From positions 1 to 64,000 of the forward strand of contig CBDESZ010000009.1 in assembly GCA_965242725.1 (NCBI GenBank): a stretch of 64,000 nucleotides of DNA, given 5' to 3'. Below the pieces are notes generated by a model. That model saw only the letters and a program-made list of their open reading frames with translations, searched no databases and was not told the origin of the DNA. Positions 11,052-19,397 of this stretch are shown in pieces. Each line of letters begins with the position of its first letter. Position 1 is the stretch's first letter. The translations under genes were made by a program, and so were the position numbers. The stretch is from Alkalispirochaeta sp. (GTDB taxonomy: Bacteria; Spirochaetota; Spirochaetia; DSM-27196; Alkalispirochaetaceae).

Positions 11052-13712
11052 TCAGCGGTTGGCAAGCACCGCCTGTGCCGCGGCCAATCGTGCGATGGGA
11101 ACGCGGAAGGGTGAGCAGCTCACGTAGTTAAGTCCGGTGCGGTAGCAGAACTCCACCGACTTGGGCTCACCACCGTGCTCGCCGCAGATACCGACCTTGA
11201 GGTCCTTCTTGGTACTCCGGCCCTTTTCAGTGCCCATCTTCACGAGCTGACCGACACCGTCCTGGTCCAGGACGGCAAAAGGATCGTACTCGAGAATACC
11301 GTCCTCGACATACTGGGGAAGGAAGCTTCCCACGTCGTCCCGGCTGTATCCAAAGCTCATTTGCGTCAGGTCGTTGGTACCGAAGCTGAAGAAGTCGGCG
11401 TGAGCCGCAACCTCGTCCGCCGTCAGCGCCGCCCGGGGAATCTCAATCATCGTACCGATCTTGTACTCGATCTTCTGGCCCGACTCGGATACGACCTTCT
11501 CGGCAACCTTCTCGGCATTTGCGCGGAGAATTGCAAGTTCCTTGTAGGTCCCGATGAGAGGAATCATGATTTCCGGATAAACCTTCCCGCCCTTCTTCGC
11601 CACGGTAGCAGCGGCCTTCATGATCGCCTCTACCTGCATGTCGTAGATTTCGGGGTAGGTGATACCAAGGCGACAACCGCGATGTCCCAGCATGGGGTTG
11701 AGCTCATGGAGTGAGTCTATCTTCGCCTTCAACTGCTCAACGGTGATGCCCCCGATCTTGGCAAGTTCCTTGATTTGAGCCTCTTCATGGGGAACAAACT
11801 CATGCAGCGGGGGATCGAGGAGACGTACCGTGACGGGAAGTCCTTCCATCACCTTGAAGATCCCCTCAAAGTCCTTCTGCTGAAGGGGCAGCAGCTTTGC
11901 AAGCGCCTTTTCACGGGCAGCCTTGTCTTCCGCAACGATCATCTCACGGAAACTGCGGATCTTGTCCTCTTCAAAGAACATATGCTCCGTCCGACACAGA
12001 CCGATTCCCTCGGCGCCGTACTTGCGGGCAACCTCCGCATCGTGGGGGGTATCTGCGTTGGTGCGAATGTTGAACACCTGGTTGGAAAGTCCCGGCCGCT
12101 GTGCCGTCGCCCGGACCGTGTCGGTCCATGAGAGGAAGCGGTCGAGCTCTTCGCTTACTTTCGGTTCGATCACCGGCATTTCTCCGGCAAAGACTTCACC
12201 GGTGGAGCCGTCGATGGTGATGAAATCCCCTTCCTTGTACTGCGTCCCACCGACATTCATGACTTTGTTGCCTACCTCGACTGCCTTACAACCGGCGACA
12301 CAGGGCGTACCCATACCGCGGGCGACAACGGCGGCGTGACTGGTCATACCACCGGTGGAGGTGAGAATACCTTCGGCTGCATGCATACCGCCGATATCCT
12401 CAGGGCTCGTCTCCCGGCGAACGAGGAGCACTTTCTTGCCCTTCTTCACCCACTCTTCCGCGTCATCGGCGGTAAAGACGATCTGACCCGCCGCGGATCC
12501 GGGCGAGGCGTTGAGGCCTTTTGCGATGGCCTTGTTCTTTTTCTTGGCCAGCGGATCGATCATGGGATGAAAGACCTGGTCCAGCTGCTGCGGAGTTACC
12601 CGGGTGACCGCCTTTTCCTCATTGATCACCCCTTCGTCCACCATGTCCACGGCGATCTTAATGGCCGCCGCACCGGTGCGTTTTCCGTTCCGGGTCTGGA
12701 GGATGTAGAGCGAACCCTGCTGAATGGTGAACTCCATGTCCTGCATGTCCTGGTAATGCGCTTCCAGCTTGGCACGAACGTCGTCGAGTTGCTGGTAGAT
12801 TTCAGGACTCTGGTCGGCAAGGGTGGACAGCGTCTTCGGTGTTCTGATACCGGCGACAACGTCTTCACCCTGGGCGTTCATGAGGTACTCACCGTAGAAG
12901 ACTTTTTCGCCCGTAGAGGGATCCCGGGAGAAACAGACTCCCGTACCTGAATCATCGCCCAGGTTGCCGTATACCATGGAAACGATGTTGACGGCGGTCC
13001 CGATCAGTCCCTTGATATCGTTGATCTTGCGGTAGGTGACCGCCTTGGGGTTGTTCCAGCTGCCGAAAACGGCGCCGATGGAGTCCCACATCTGCTTCAC
13101 CGGATCCTGGGGAAAATCCTCACCGGCGGCTTTCCTGTAGATTTTCTTGTATTCCTCGGTCAATTTGGCGAGGTCCGACGCATCAAGGTCGGTATCTTCC
13201 TCCACGCCCTTCGCCTTCTTCGCCGCTTCCAGGGCGTGCTCATAGGGCTCAATGGAAGTACCCTTTACGACGTCGCTGAACATCTGGATAAAGCGACGAT
13301 AGGCGTCCCAGGCAAAGCGCTGGTTTCCGGAAACTTCAGCAAGTCCCTTTACCGCCTCGTCGTTCATACCAAGGTTGAGAACGGTGTCCATCATGCCCGG
13401 CAGTGACTCCGCCGCGCCGGACCGGACCGATACAAGAAGGGGGTCCTTGGCGTCTCCAAGTTTCTTCCCCATGAGTTTCTCCAGTCTTCCGAGATGGTCC
13501 ATGACCTCTTTCTCGAGACCCTGGGGATACTCATTTCCATTCTTGAAATATTCATCACACGTCTCCGTCGTGATGGTGAAACCAGGAGGAACGGGAACGC
13601 CGATGCTCGACATCTCGTGCAGGTTTGCACCCTTTCCGCCCAAGAGCTGTTTCATCTTGGCCGAACCCTCAGCTTTTCCGTCTCCAAAGAAATAGACGCG
13701 CTTAGTTGCCAT
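11052..13712 (-). CDS. ppdK: pyruvate, phosphate dikinase
   Basis: LGGKGANL, LVSVRSGA, GGMTSHAAVVARG, GIGLCRTEHMFF, FSFGTNDLTQM, GICGEHGG. Confidence 0.98.
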   Translation of the reverse strand: MATKRVYFFGDGKAEGSAKMKQLLGGKGANLHEMSSIGVPVPPGFTITTETCDEYFKNGNEYPQGLEKEVMDHLGRLEKLMGKKLGDAKDPLLVSVRSGAAESLPGMMDTVLNLGMNDEAVKGLAEVSGNQRFAWDAYRRFIQMFSDVVKGTSIEPYEHALEAAKKAKGVEEDTDLDASDLAKLTEEYKKIYRKAAGEDFPQDPVKQMWDSIGAVFGSWNNPKAVTYRKINDIKGLIGTAVNIVSMVYGNLGDDSGTGVCFSRDPSTGEKVFYGEYLMNAQGEDVVAGIRTPKTLSTLADQSPEIYQQLDDVRAKLEAHYQDMQDMEFTIQQGSLYILQTRNGKRTGAAAIKIAVDMVDEGVINEEKAVTRVTPQQLDQVFHPMIDPLAKKKNKAIAKGLNASPGSAAGQIVFTADDAEEWVKKGKKVLLVRRETSPEDIGGMHAAEGILTSTGGMTSHAAVVARGMGTPCVAGCKAVEVGNKVMNVGGTQYKEGDFITIDGSTGEVFAGEMPVIEPKVSEELDRFLSWTDTVRATAQRPGLSNQVFNIRTNADTPHDAEVARKYGAEGIGLCRTEHMFFEEDKIRSFREMIVAEDKAAREKALAKLLPLQQKDFEGIFKVMEGLPVTVRLLDPPLHEFVPHEEAQIKELAKIGGITVEQLKAKIDSLHELNPMLGHRGCRLGITYPEIYDMQVEAIMKAAATVAKKGGKVYPEIMIPLIGTYKELAILRANAEKVAEKVVSESGQKIEYKIGTMIEIPRAALTADEVAAHADFFSFGTNDLTQMSFGYSRDDVGSFLPQYVEDGILEYDPFAVLDQDGVGQLVKMGTEKGRSTKKDLKVGICGEHGGEPKSVEFCYRTGLNYVSCSPFRVPIARLAAAQAVLANR

Positions 13713-13786
13713 CGTAAGATAACCCCCGATACTGTATTGATTTGTTGATTGTGATAGGTAGTTTCACTTTGAAGCCCAAACTATAG

Positions 13787-13827
13787 AAAAAAAGCCCCGC
13801 TGTCAACGTTCAATTGACCGCGGGGCT
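13787..13827 (-). terminator. intrinsic terminator of the sigma-factor gene; overlaps a candidate ppdK promoter
   Basis: AGCCCCGC...GCGGGGCT stem with inner GTCAA/TTGAC pairing and T7; contains minus-strand TTGACA at 13801-13806. Confidence 0.8.
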
Positions 13828-13840
13828 CGTGTGGACGCCG

Positions 13841-14725
13841 TCAGGCGATATATGCTTCCAGATATTGCGCCCGATTGGGGTGCTGCAACCGCCGGAGCGC
13901 CTTTTTCTCGATCTGTCGGATACGCTCTTTTGTGAGACTGTAGCGGTCGCCGATCTCCTTGAGTGAAAGGGGACTCCGCCCGTTCAGTCCGAAGCGGAAC
14001 TGTATGATTTCGGCTTCCTTCTCGGTGAGTGTGGCGAGCACTTCGTTGATATCGTCCTTCAGTGATCGTTCAATGGTGAGCGTTTCCGGCTGGACGTAAT
14101 GCCGGTCTTCAATAAAATCACCAAGTACTGACGAGTCCTTTTCGTTGTACACCGGTGTCTCGAGGGAAACGAGATCCCTGGAAATGTTGACCAGATCGGC
14201 AACGTGTTCAGGTGTCATTTCAAGGGTCCGCGCGATTTCCCGGATTTCAGCCTCTTCGCCTTTGGAACCGGTAATTTCTTTCCGTACCTTCTCGATCTGG
14301 ACCAGTTCGTTGGCGCGATTCAGGGGCAGTCTGATCATGCGTGATTTTTCGCAAATCGCCTTCAGGATCGCCTGTCTGATCCACCACACCGCGTAGGAAA
14401 TAAAATGGTATCCCTTGTCCACGTCAAATCGCTCAATGGCATTCATCAATCCGATGTTGCCTTCGCTGATGAGGTCGGACAACGGCAGTCCCTGATTCTG
14501 ATACTTCTTTGCGACATTCACGACAAACCGAAGATTCGCCTGGATGAGCGCATCCTTCGACTCCTGGATCCCTTTGGCTGCTCGACGGGCGTGATAGTCT
14601 TCCTCATCTCTCGTCAAAAGGGGTACCTTGTTGATTTCTTTGAGGTACATCGAGAGCACATTCTCATCGTCACTCCGGTGAGTTGATGTGCGTACGGGAC
14701 GAGATTTTGTTGCAGTTGCGGCCAT
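13841..14725 (-). CDS. sigma-70 family factor, group-2/RpoS-like (regions 1.2-4, no region 1.1)
   Basis: MYLKEINKVPLLT, ANLRFVVNVAKKY, DLISEGNIGLM, FISYAVWWIRQAI, TKERIRQIEKKAL; 294 aa. Confidence 0.9.
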   Translation of the reverse strand: MAATATKSRPVRTSTHRSDDENVLSMYLKEINKVPLLTRDEEDYHARRAAKGIQESKDALIQANLRFVVNVAKKYQNQGLPLSDLISEGNIGLMNAIERFDVDKGYHFISYAVWWIRQAILKAICEKSRMIRLPLNRANELVQIEKVRKEITGSKGEEAEIREIARTLEMTPEHVADLVNISRDLVSLETPVYNEKDSSVLGDFIEDRHYVQPETLTIERSLKDDINEVLATLTEKEAEIIQFRFGLNGRSPLSLKEIGDRYSLTKERIRQIEKKALRRLQHPNRAQYLEAYIA

Positions 14726-14747
14726 TGGTTACCTCCACACATAATAA

Positions 14748-14764
14748 AGCAATGACCGTGCCAA
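14748..14764 (-). promoter_or_regulatory. sigma-54 (-24/-12) promoter of the sigma-factor gene
   Basis: Minus strand TTGGCACGGTCATTGCT matches TGGCACG-N4-TTGCW; SD GGAGGT at 14731-14736 just downstream. Confidence 0.85.
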
Positions 14765-14982
14765 CCTTTTCGCCGACAGTATTTTCTCGATATTTATTTA
14801 TACAGTAATGATTTAACAGTCCTTTGCAGTTTAATGCGATTGGTGGTGCGACCTCCGATTGAGTCATTCCGACACGAATTAGTAATCATTCCGAAAAAGA
14901 GGGCGAAAATGCCCCATATTTCCCGTCGATGCCGCATCTGCGGGTCACAACGATGAAAGGACGACACATTTCAACGTTTTTC

Positions 14983-15011
14983 TTGACCGCAGGAGACGTG
15001 ATCGGTATATT
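14983..15011 (+). promoter_or_regulatory. putative sigma-70 promoter of groES
   Basis: TTGACC-N17-TATATT; SD AGGAGG before ATG 15068. Confidence 0.65.
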
Positions 15012-15067
15012 TGCCGCGGATTATCTCCACAAACAACACACAGTGAAATTCATATTAGGAGGACAGC

Positions 15068-15337
15068 ATGACTGTTAAACCGCTAGGTGATCGTGTACTT
15101 GTAAAAATGGAGCAGGAAGAGGAAAAGACAAAGGGTGGCCTGTTTATTCCGGAAACTGCTCAGGAAAAGACCCAAATCGCTTCGGTAATCGCCGTGGGAG
15201 ACGATGAAGAGGAGATCAAGGTGAAGCCGGGCGACCGCGTTATGTTTGATAAATATGCGGGAACGACCGTAAAGATCGACGGTGACGATCATCTCATTCT
15301 CTCAATGGGCGACATTCTCGCGGTGATTTCCGACTGA
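15068..15337 (+). CDS. groES: co-chaperonin GroES (no adjacent groEL)
   Basis: VKPLGDRVLVK, KTKGGLFIPETAQEK, VKPGDRVMFDKYAGT, DILAV. Confidence 0.97.
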   Translation: MTVKPLGDRVLVKMEQEEEKTKGGLFIPETAQEKTQIASVIAVGDDEEEIKVKPGDRVMFDKYAGTTVKIDGDDHLILSMGDILAVISD

Positions 15338-15356
15338 GACCACGCCGTTAATCCGG

Positions 15357-15386
15357 AAAAGACCGCCTTTCGGCGGTCTTTTTTTT
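15357..15386. terminator. bidirectional intrinsic terminator (groES / dinG-like)
   Basis: AAAAGACCGCC-TTTC-GGCGGTCTTTTTTTT. Confidence 0.9.
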
Positions 15387-15413
15387 CAGCAGGCCCTTTG
15401 CTTACCTGCGGTT

Positions 15414-17861
15414 TCACCGCAGCCGCTCCATTCTTCCGATATGCTCCCGTACCTCTTCTTCGATCTCTTCACCCGATGCGATGAGCGGACGCGCCGGAGG
15501 GAGACTGTTCCAGAAAACCCGGCCGTAGCTCTTCTTGACCATACGGGGATCGGTGACGACGACCACCCCGTAGTCGTCCCAGCGCCGCATGAGCCGTCCG
15601 AAACCCTGCTTCAGTCGTGTCACCGCCTGGGGCAGGCTGAATGATGAAAAGGCGTTCCCCCCTCGCCGCTCCACCGCTTCTGCCCGCGCCTGCTGTACCG
15701 GATCGGTGGGAACCCGGAAGGGCAATCGACAGACTATTACCAGTCTCAGCGTCTCCCCGGGTGCATCAACTCCCTCCCAGAAACTGTCCGTCGCAAAGAG
15801 GACGCCCCCGAGTTCACGCTGGAACCGGTCGAGCAGACGCCCCCGATCATCGGTTCCCTGTCGATAGCAGGGATATCCCCGCGATTCCAGGAGGGGTGCG
15901 GTTTCCTCGAAAAGTTCGATCATTTGACGATAGGAGGTGAAAAGAATAAGGGCGCCGCCCCGGGAGGCGTTGACCAGTCGCTGAATCAACGTTGAGAGAT
16001 ACCGATCGTATCCCTCTTCATTGGGAAAGGGCGCGTCCAGAGGTACAGAAAGGAGCACACGCGAGGCGTAGTCAAAGGGAGAGGGGTACTGATGCGCGTC
16101 GGTGCGTTCATCATCAAGGGGTACTCCGATGCGGTCTGCCCAGAACGTAAATGATCCGTTGACGGCGAGAGTGGCGCTGGTAAGGACGACCGTCGCATAC
16201 CGCTGAAACAGCGCTTCTTCCATGAGCGCGCTCAGGTCAAGAGGCGTGATGACGACGGAAACCCATCCACGCCCCCTCTGATCGCGACGTTCTTCGAACC
16301 AGAAGACCGACTCTTCGTCGTGTTCGCCGTCACGAAAGCGGAGGAGAACTGCGGCGATACGCTCTATGCGATGGGTGACGGCCACCCATTGTAGAAAATT
16401 GGGATCCTCCCGATAGACGTCATCCACTTCCCTGGAAACTTTCGTCATTCGGGCGGCCAACATCATGAGCGCACCGTGCATCTCCGTCATAAGATCGACA
16501 AGACTGTTCCTGAAGGCAGCCGCCGTATCGTCCGTCAATCGCCACGAACCGGTTCCCGCAATAAACCCGACCAGACGTTCATTGAAGGTTTCTCCCTCTT
16601 TTCTGGTTCTCTCTATTTCCGTCTCAACCTGACGCAGTGCGTCGGGGGAGACGTTCAATCCGGGCATTCGTTCCACAAGTCCAAATCGTCGGGTCCCCCG
16701 CCTGCGAAGAAGGCGACCCAGTTGGCGGTTTATGGCGTGGTAACTCATCGTCTCGGAGAAAAAAGACGTCGCGGCACGCTCGAGATTGTGGGCCTCGTCA
16801 AAAATGATCCGTTGAAACGCCGGCAGGACCGCCGTGCCCTCCCACCCTGCTCCGGCATTCCGTATCGCCAGATCGCTGAAAACGAGATGGTGGTTTGCCA
16901 CAAGAATCTGTGCGGCTGCCGCTTCCCTCCGCGCCTTCAACACAAAGCATCGTTCCCTGTTTGGACACCGGGCTACGGAACAGCTGTCGACCTCGCTGTT
17001 GATTTTCCCCCACAGGTCATCGGTGACAAAGACGGGAGCGTCGCTCCGGCTTCCGCTCGACGTCGTTTGTGCCCAGTCACCTATTGCCCGTATCGTTTCG
17101 TCGTCGTCAAAGAGGGAGGTCTCCTCCTGGAGCTCCTGCAGACGCCTTGGACACAGGTAATTGCCCCGTCCCTTTACGAGAGCCGTTTTCACCGTTGTAC
17201 CGAGAAGGCGCTGTACCGTTTTCAAATCCTTGTCGATGAGCTGCTGCTGAAGATTGATAGTTGCCGTGGCTATGACAATTCGCTCTCTGTTGCGGGATGC
17301 CCAGGCCACCGCCGGGATAAGGTACGCATACGACTTCCCCACTCCCGTTCCCGCCTCGGCAGCGACGATCCTGTCTTCATTCAATCCGGTTGCGACGGTC
17401 CGCAGCATGGCGACCTGGCTTGGGCGTTCCCTGAACTCCGGAAGAAGTTCCCCGATTTTCCCGCCCTCCTGCAAAAATGCAGCGAGTTCATCGCCGTCTA
17501 TCTTCTCAATGACTGCAGGCGGAAGGGGTTCCACAAGGACATATACATACTCAACGTCGTTGTCCACGACGGCTGAGCCGATGCCGGTCTGCGCGAGATA
17601 CGCTGAAACTTCCACATCCGCGTCGCTCGGTGTCAGCTTTCCGCTCGGATGGTTGTGTATAATGATGTCGCCCCGTTCGCAGAACTCCATCGGTGCGGCC
17701 ACGGACGTTTCGTTACCCCGGGCAAATACGTCGACGGCGACGACCATTCCGTCCCGGTCCAGGCGCCCTACAAAGAGGATTTCCTGACCGCGGGCATCTT
17801 CAATTTCCCGCCGCATTTCTGCGATAACGTCCTGCGTAAAGAGGCTGGATGTTGATGTCAC
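15414..17861 (-). CDS. DinG/YoaA family Fe-S helicase with N-terminal JAB/MPN (RadC-like) domain
   Basis: N-term E...HNHPSG-x3-PS-x2-D; Walker A AGTGVGKS, four Fe-S cysteines, DEAH, SATL, QGFGRLMR. Confidence 0.88.
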   Translation of the reverse strand: MTSTSSLFTQDVIAEMRREIEDARGQEILFVGRLDRDGMVVAVDVFARGNETSVAAPMEFCERGDIIIHNHPSGKLTPSDADVEVSAYLAQTGIGSAVVDNDVEYVYVLVEPLPPAVIEKIDGDELAAFLQEGGKIGELLPEFRERPSQVAMLRTVATGLNEDRIVAAEAGTGVGKSYAYLIPAVAWASRNRERIVIATATINLQQQLIDKDLKTVQRLLGTTVKTALVKGRGNYLCPRRLQELQEETSLFDDDETIRAIGDWAQTTSSGSRSDAPVFVTDDLWGKINSEVDSCSVARCPNRERCFVLKARREAAAAQILVANHHLVFSDLAIRNAGAGWEGTAVLPAFQRIIFDEAHNLERAATSFFSETMSYHAINRQLGRLLRRRGTRRFGLVERMPGLNVSPDALRQVETEIERTRKEGETFNERLVGFIAGTGSWRLTDDTAAAFRNSLVDLMTEMHGALMMLAARMTKVSREVDDVYREDPNFLQWVAVTHRIERIAAVLLRFRDGEHDEESVFWFEERRDQRGRGWVSVVITPLDLSALMEEALFQRYATVVLTSATLAVNGSFTFWADRIGVPLDDERTDAHQYPSPFDYASRVLLSVPLDAPFPNEEGYDRYLSTLIQRLVNASRGGALILFTSYRQMIELFEETAPLLESRGYPCYRQGTDDRGRLLDRFQRELGGVLFATDSFWEGVDAPGETLRLVIVCRLPFRVPTDPVQQARAEAVERRGGNAFSSFSLPQAVTRLKQGFGRLMRRWDDYGVVVVTDPRMVKKSYGRVFWNSLPPARPLIASGEEIEEEVREHIGRMERLR

Positions 17862-17937
17862 CCGCTGAGTGTACCATCACGACGGTGGATGCAAAACGGT
17901 AGGCAGGACCCTTTCTTTCCGGTACCATAGTATCATC

Positions 17938-18318
17938 GTGTGGGAACAATTAGAGACTCTGGTCAAATCATGGATTAATTCTCGATTTGAGAACCAGGAG
18001 GTGGACAATGAAGCGTGGAATGAACTGGAAGACTATCTACGGCGTGCACCTGATCCCGGCAATTCCGGCCCCTCACGATACGCCCCCGCGGCTCGATCCG
18101 CCTCCGACATCCCGCAGAAAATTCGACAGGCCTATTTTGACCTGGAACTCACACCGGGCGCGCCCCACGAAGAAATCAGGACGGCGTACCGCAGACTGTT
18201 ACGGGCGTACCATCCCGACCGCTTTCACAACGACCCGGAACGTGCTAAAAAGGCCACGGAGATTATCCATAGGGTGACACTGGCATATAAGCAGTTGAAC
18301 GATTACTATCGAACGTAG
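17938..18318 (+). CDS. small protein with C-terminal DnaJ (J) domain
   Basis: AYFDLEL...EEIRTAYRRLLRAYHPDRF...AYKQL; GTG start assumed. Confidence 0.8.
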   Translation: MWEQLETLVKSWINSRFENQEVDNEAWNELEDYLRRAPDPGNSGPSRYAPAARSASDIPQKIRQAYFDLELTPGAPHEEIRTAYRRLLRAYHPDRFHNDPERAKKATEIIHRVTLAYKQLNDYYRT

Positions 18319-18329
18319 AGGAGGCACCT

Positions 18330-19397
18330 ATTTCAACTCGCATCGTCGTCATTTGCCTTGCCGCCGTTGTAATAAACGTACTCGTCATTCCCATCATTAT
18401 GCGCTTTGCCCATAAGTATCGATGGTACGATGAAAAGGGACAGCGCAAAATCCATACCGTCGATACTCCGCGCCTCGGAGGCGTCGGGATTTTCGTTTCC
18501 TTTTTTGTTGCGGCGATGATTGGATTCTACTTTGTTGCAGGTCCGGAACATATAGCGCTTTGGACCAAGGAACGGATCGCGCTGCTGATTATCGGTATGG
18601 CCGTCATGCACGGTCTTGGCATATATGACGACTTCGTCAATCTCCGTGCTCCCCTCAAGTTCCTCATACAGATCATCTCGGCGGTAATCGTCGTCTTCTC
18701 CGGTGCGTTGATCCAGTCAATCGCCTTTCCCCTCATAGGCGTCGTCCACCTTCCAACGTGGCTTGCCGTCCCGGCTACGGTTATCTGGATCGTTTCAATT
18801 GCCAACGCGGTCAACCTCATTGACGGCGCCGACGGCCTTGCGGCGGGATACAGCGGGATCGCAGCTTTTTTTATGGGAGTCATCGCATTCGGTGAGGGAA
18901 ATCTGCTCACGGCGATACTCGCGTTCGCCCTGGTAGGCAGCCTCATCGGATTTCTGATATTCAATTTTCCACCGGCGAAGATTTTCATGGGCGACGGCGG
19001 CTCGCTCTTTCTCGGGTTTTTCCTGGCGGTCCTTCCCGTCGTTGGATTGAACGGACGGAACGTCGAGAATCAGGCGATTTTCCTCGTCGTACCGACGTTG
19101 AGCCTTCTCTATCTGCCAATCATGGATACCATTCTGGCCATTATTCGTCGATCGTTGCGGGGACTCCCCGTACATTCACCAGACAGGGAACACATACACC
19201 ATCGGCTGATTGACAGGGGTTTCATCGGCAGGAGACTGATCGCCGTGATCTACAGCGGGAGTATCCTCTTTGGCCTGGCAGGCATGAGCTGGTTTACTCT
19301 GCCCGGTCCGTACGGATCGTTGCTGAACGTTGGACTGTGGATTCTGGTGACGGTGATTCTCGTGAGAATCGGAAAGACAAAAAGCGTAAATCCCTGA
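18330..19397 (+). CDS. MraY/WecA/TagO family polyprenyl-phosphate N-acetylhexosamine-1-phosphate transferase (probable ATT start)
   Basis: RKIH...TPRLGGVGI, GIYDD, NAVNLIDGADGLA, FNFPPAKIFMGDGGS, PDREHIHHRL; SD AGGAGG 5 nt before an in-frame ATT. Confidence 0.9.
   Translation: MSTRIVVICLAAVVINVLVIPIIMRFAHKYRWYDEKGQRKIHTVDTPRLGGVGIFVSFFVAAMIGFYFVAGPEHIALWTKERIALLIIGMAVMHGLGIYDDFVNLRAPLKFLIQIISAVIVVFSGALIQSIAFPLIGVVHLPTWLAVPATVIWIVSIANAVNLIDGADGLAAGYSGIAAFFMGVIAFGEGNLLTAILAFALVGSLIGFLIFNFPPAKIFMGDGGSLFLGFFLAVLPVVGLNGRNVENQAIFLVVPTLSLLYLPIMDTILAIIRRSLRGLPVHSPDREHIHHRLIDRGFIGRRLIAVIYSGSILFGLAGMSWFTLPGPYGSLLNVGLWILVTVILVRIGKTKSVNP

Noticed and set aside
13749..13770. TTGTGA...TTCAC palindrome upstream of ppdK as a Rex/CRP site
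   Set aside because: Half-site spacing does not fit either consensus
14940..15067. CIRCE (HrcA) element before groES
   Set aside because: No TTAGCACTC-N9-GAGTGCTAA seen; a stand-alone groES is ordinary in spirochaetes
15414..18318. DinG plus J-domain gene as a type IV CRISPR or other defence module
   Set aside because: No cas or defence genes nearby; housekeeping context with ordinary composition
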